Positions 63,086-64,000 of a stretch of DNA of 64,000 nt are shown in pieces. Position 1 is the first letter of the stretch, and the number at the start of each line of letters is the position of its first letter. A program made the translations under genes and the position numbers. The notes beneath the pieces are model-generated. The model searched no databases, had not been told where the DNA came from, and saw only the letters and a program-made list of their open reading frames with translations. The stretch comes from Acidobacteriota bacterium. GTDB lineage: Bacteria > Acidobacteriota > UBA890 > WLXD01. The stretch is from positions 224,001 through 288,000 of the forward strand of contig CBDBHB010000008.1 in assembly GCA_965205505.1 (NCBI GenBank), written 5' to 3'.

Positions 63086-63589
63086 ATGGCCTTCGTGAGA
63101 CGTCCTCGTCATGACAACCAAAGAGCGCGGCCGATGATCGACTTAGTGGCCGCGATGGCGATGATCGCCGTCCTGTCGACGGTCGTCGTACCGCAGCTGC
63201 TGCTGGCCCGCGACCGTGGCCGTCTGCGCCGTAGCTTGGGCGACATGCGCAAGCTTTCGATCGCGTTGTCGACGTATCAGTCGGACAACGGCGGACTGTT
63301 CCCCAGCCGCGCGCAGGGTCTGGCCGCCCTGCAACCCGATTACTTCTCGGTGGTTCCAGATGACGGTTGGGGTACGAGCTACCTGTACGACGGCATCAAC
63401 ACCGGCTGCGCCTACCTGCTGATGGGCCTGGGATCCAACGCGCTGATCGGGCCCAACCCGCCCGATCCGTGGCTGGGCGATCACTTCGAGCCGGATATCT
63501 GGCTGTCCAACGGCGTGTTTCTCCGAGCGCCCGGACGGCCGGACGAGACCGCCAAGTTTCCCCGCATCGTTGCCGATTCCTGCAGCTAG
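63086..63589 (+). CDS. GspG-like pseudopilin with degenerate prepilin site
   Basis: MIDLVAAMAMIAVLSTVVVP helix, YQSDNG..FP, DGWGTSYLY, GLGSNA. Confidence 0.7.
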   Translation: MAFVRRPRHDNQRARPMIDLVAAMAMIAVLSTVVVPQLLLARDRGRLRRSLGDMRKLSIALSTYQSDNGGLFPSRAQGLAALQPDYFSVVPDDGWGTSYLYDGINTGCAYLLMGLGSNALIGPNPPDPWLGDHFEPDIWLSNGVFLRAPGRPDETAKFPRIVADSCS

Positions 63590-63593
63590 GAAC

Positions 63594-63935
63594 ATGCACC
63601 GAACACTCTTGCGCACCGCGTTGGCAATGGGGCTACTGGCCGTCATGCTCGGCTGTGGCGACAGCGAACGCTCCCTGAGGCTACGCATCACCGGCACGGA
63701 GGGCCTCCGCTTTGCCGGCCACTACGTCCTCCATACCGCTGGTCAAGAGTCGCGGCAGGCGCTCGATCAGACAGTACCGTTCGAGATCGATCTGCTCGGC
63801 ACCGACGTCTCCTGCATGGCTCAAAAGATGGGCGGGGACGGTACCTTGCGCGTCGAGATTCTCGTCGACGGAGAGGCGGTGGCGTTTGACTGGACGCGAG
63901 ATCAGTACGGCCATGTGAGCGCCGTCACCCCCTGA
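63594..63935 (+). CDS. Hypothetical lipoprotein
   Basis: Signal peptide with MLGC lipobox, beta-rich body. Confidence 0.7.
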   Translation: MHRTLLRTALAMGLLAVMLGCGDSERSLRLRITGTEGLRFAGHYVLHTAGQESRQALDQTVPFEIDLLGTDVSCMAQKMGGDGTLRVEILVDGEAVAFDWTRDQYGHVSAVTP

Positions 63936-64000
63936 CCTGACGGGGGAGCGCGCCGGGCGCAGCGATCGTCCCCCGGTGCCGACAGTCGTTGTCGCTCCGA

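Overview
GC-rich bacterial chromosome window, mostly housekeeping. It contains secDF-yajC-tgt-thiL-cca-nrdR, folD-coaE, lapB, kdsB-pyrG-kdsA-kdsD-kdsC, lolA, metG, glyQS, manC/PMM, sucCD, the complete trpEGDCFBA operon with chorismate mutase and DAHP synthase, an aroD-aroE fusion, and eno-ftsB. The gene content suggests a diderm, probably Acidobacteriota (inference). A compact microcompartment locus (class II aldolase with a likely encapsulation peptide, one BMC-H, three BMC-P) lies at 7.5-9.8 kb. The most unusual feature is a set of non-coding mobile elements. CTAG-targeting miniature inverted-repeat elements with two different end types share one conserved hairpin core. They sit preferentially on TAG stop codons and have left short remnants that now form gene starts, gene ends and RBSs. 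At 12954-14907 three elements are nested: MITE-B lies inside MITE-A, and an IS1111-type IS110 element is inserted exactly in the MITE-A terminus. The non-coding region of the IS contains a stem-internal-loop whose two arms match the two halves of the insertion site, a candidate bridge/seekRNA guide aimed at the MITE end. A Trp/Tyr-rich leader ORF precedes trpE. No rRNA, tRNA or CRISPR array was seen. Start codons were chosen by eye and no database searches were run.
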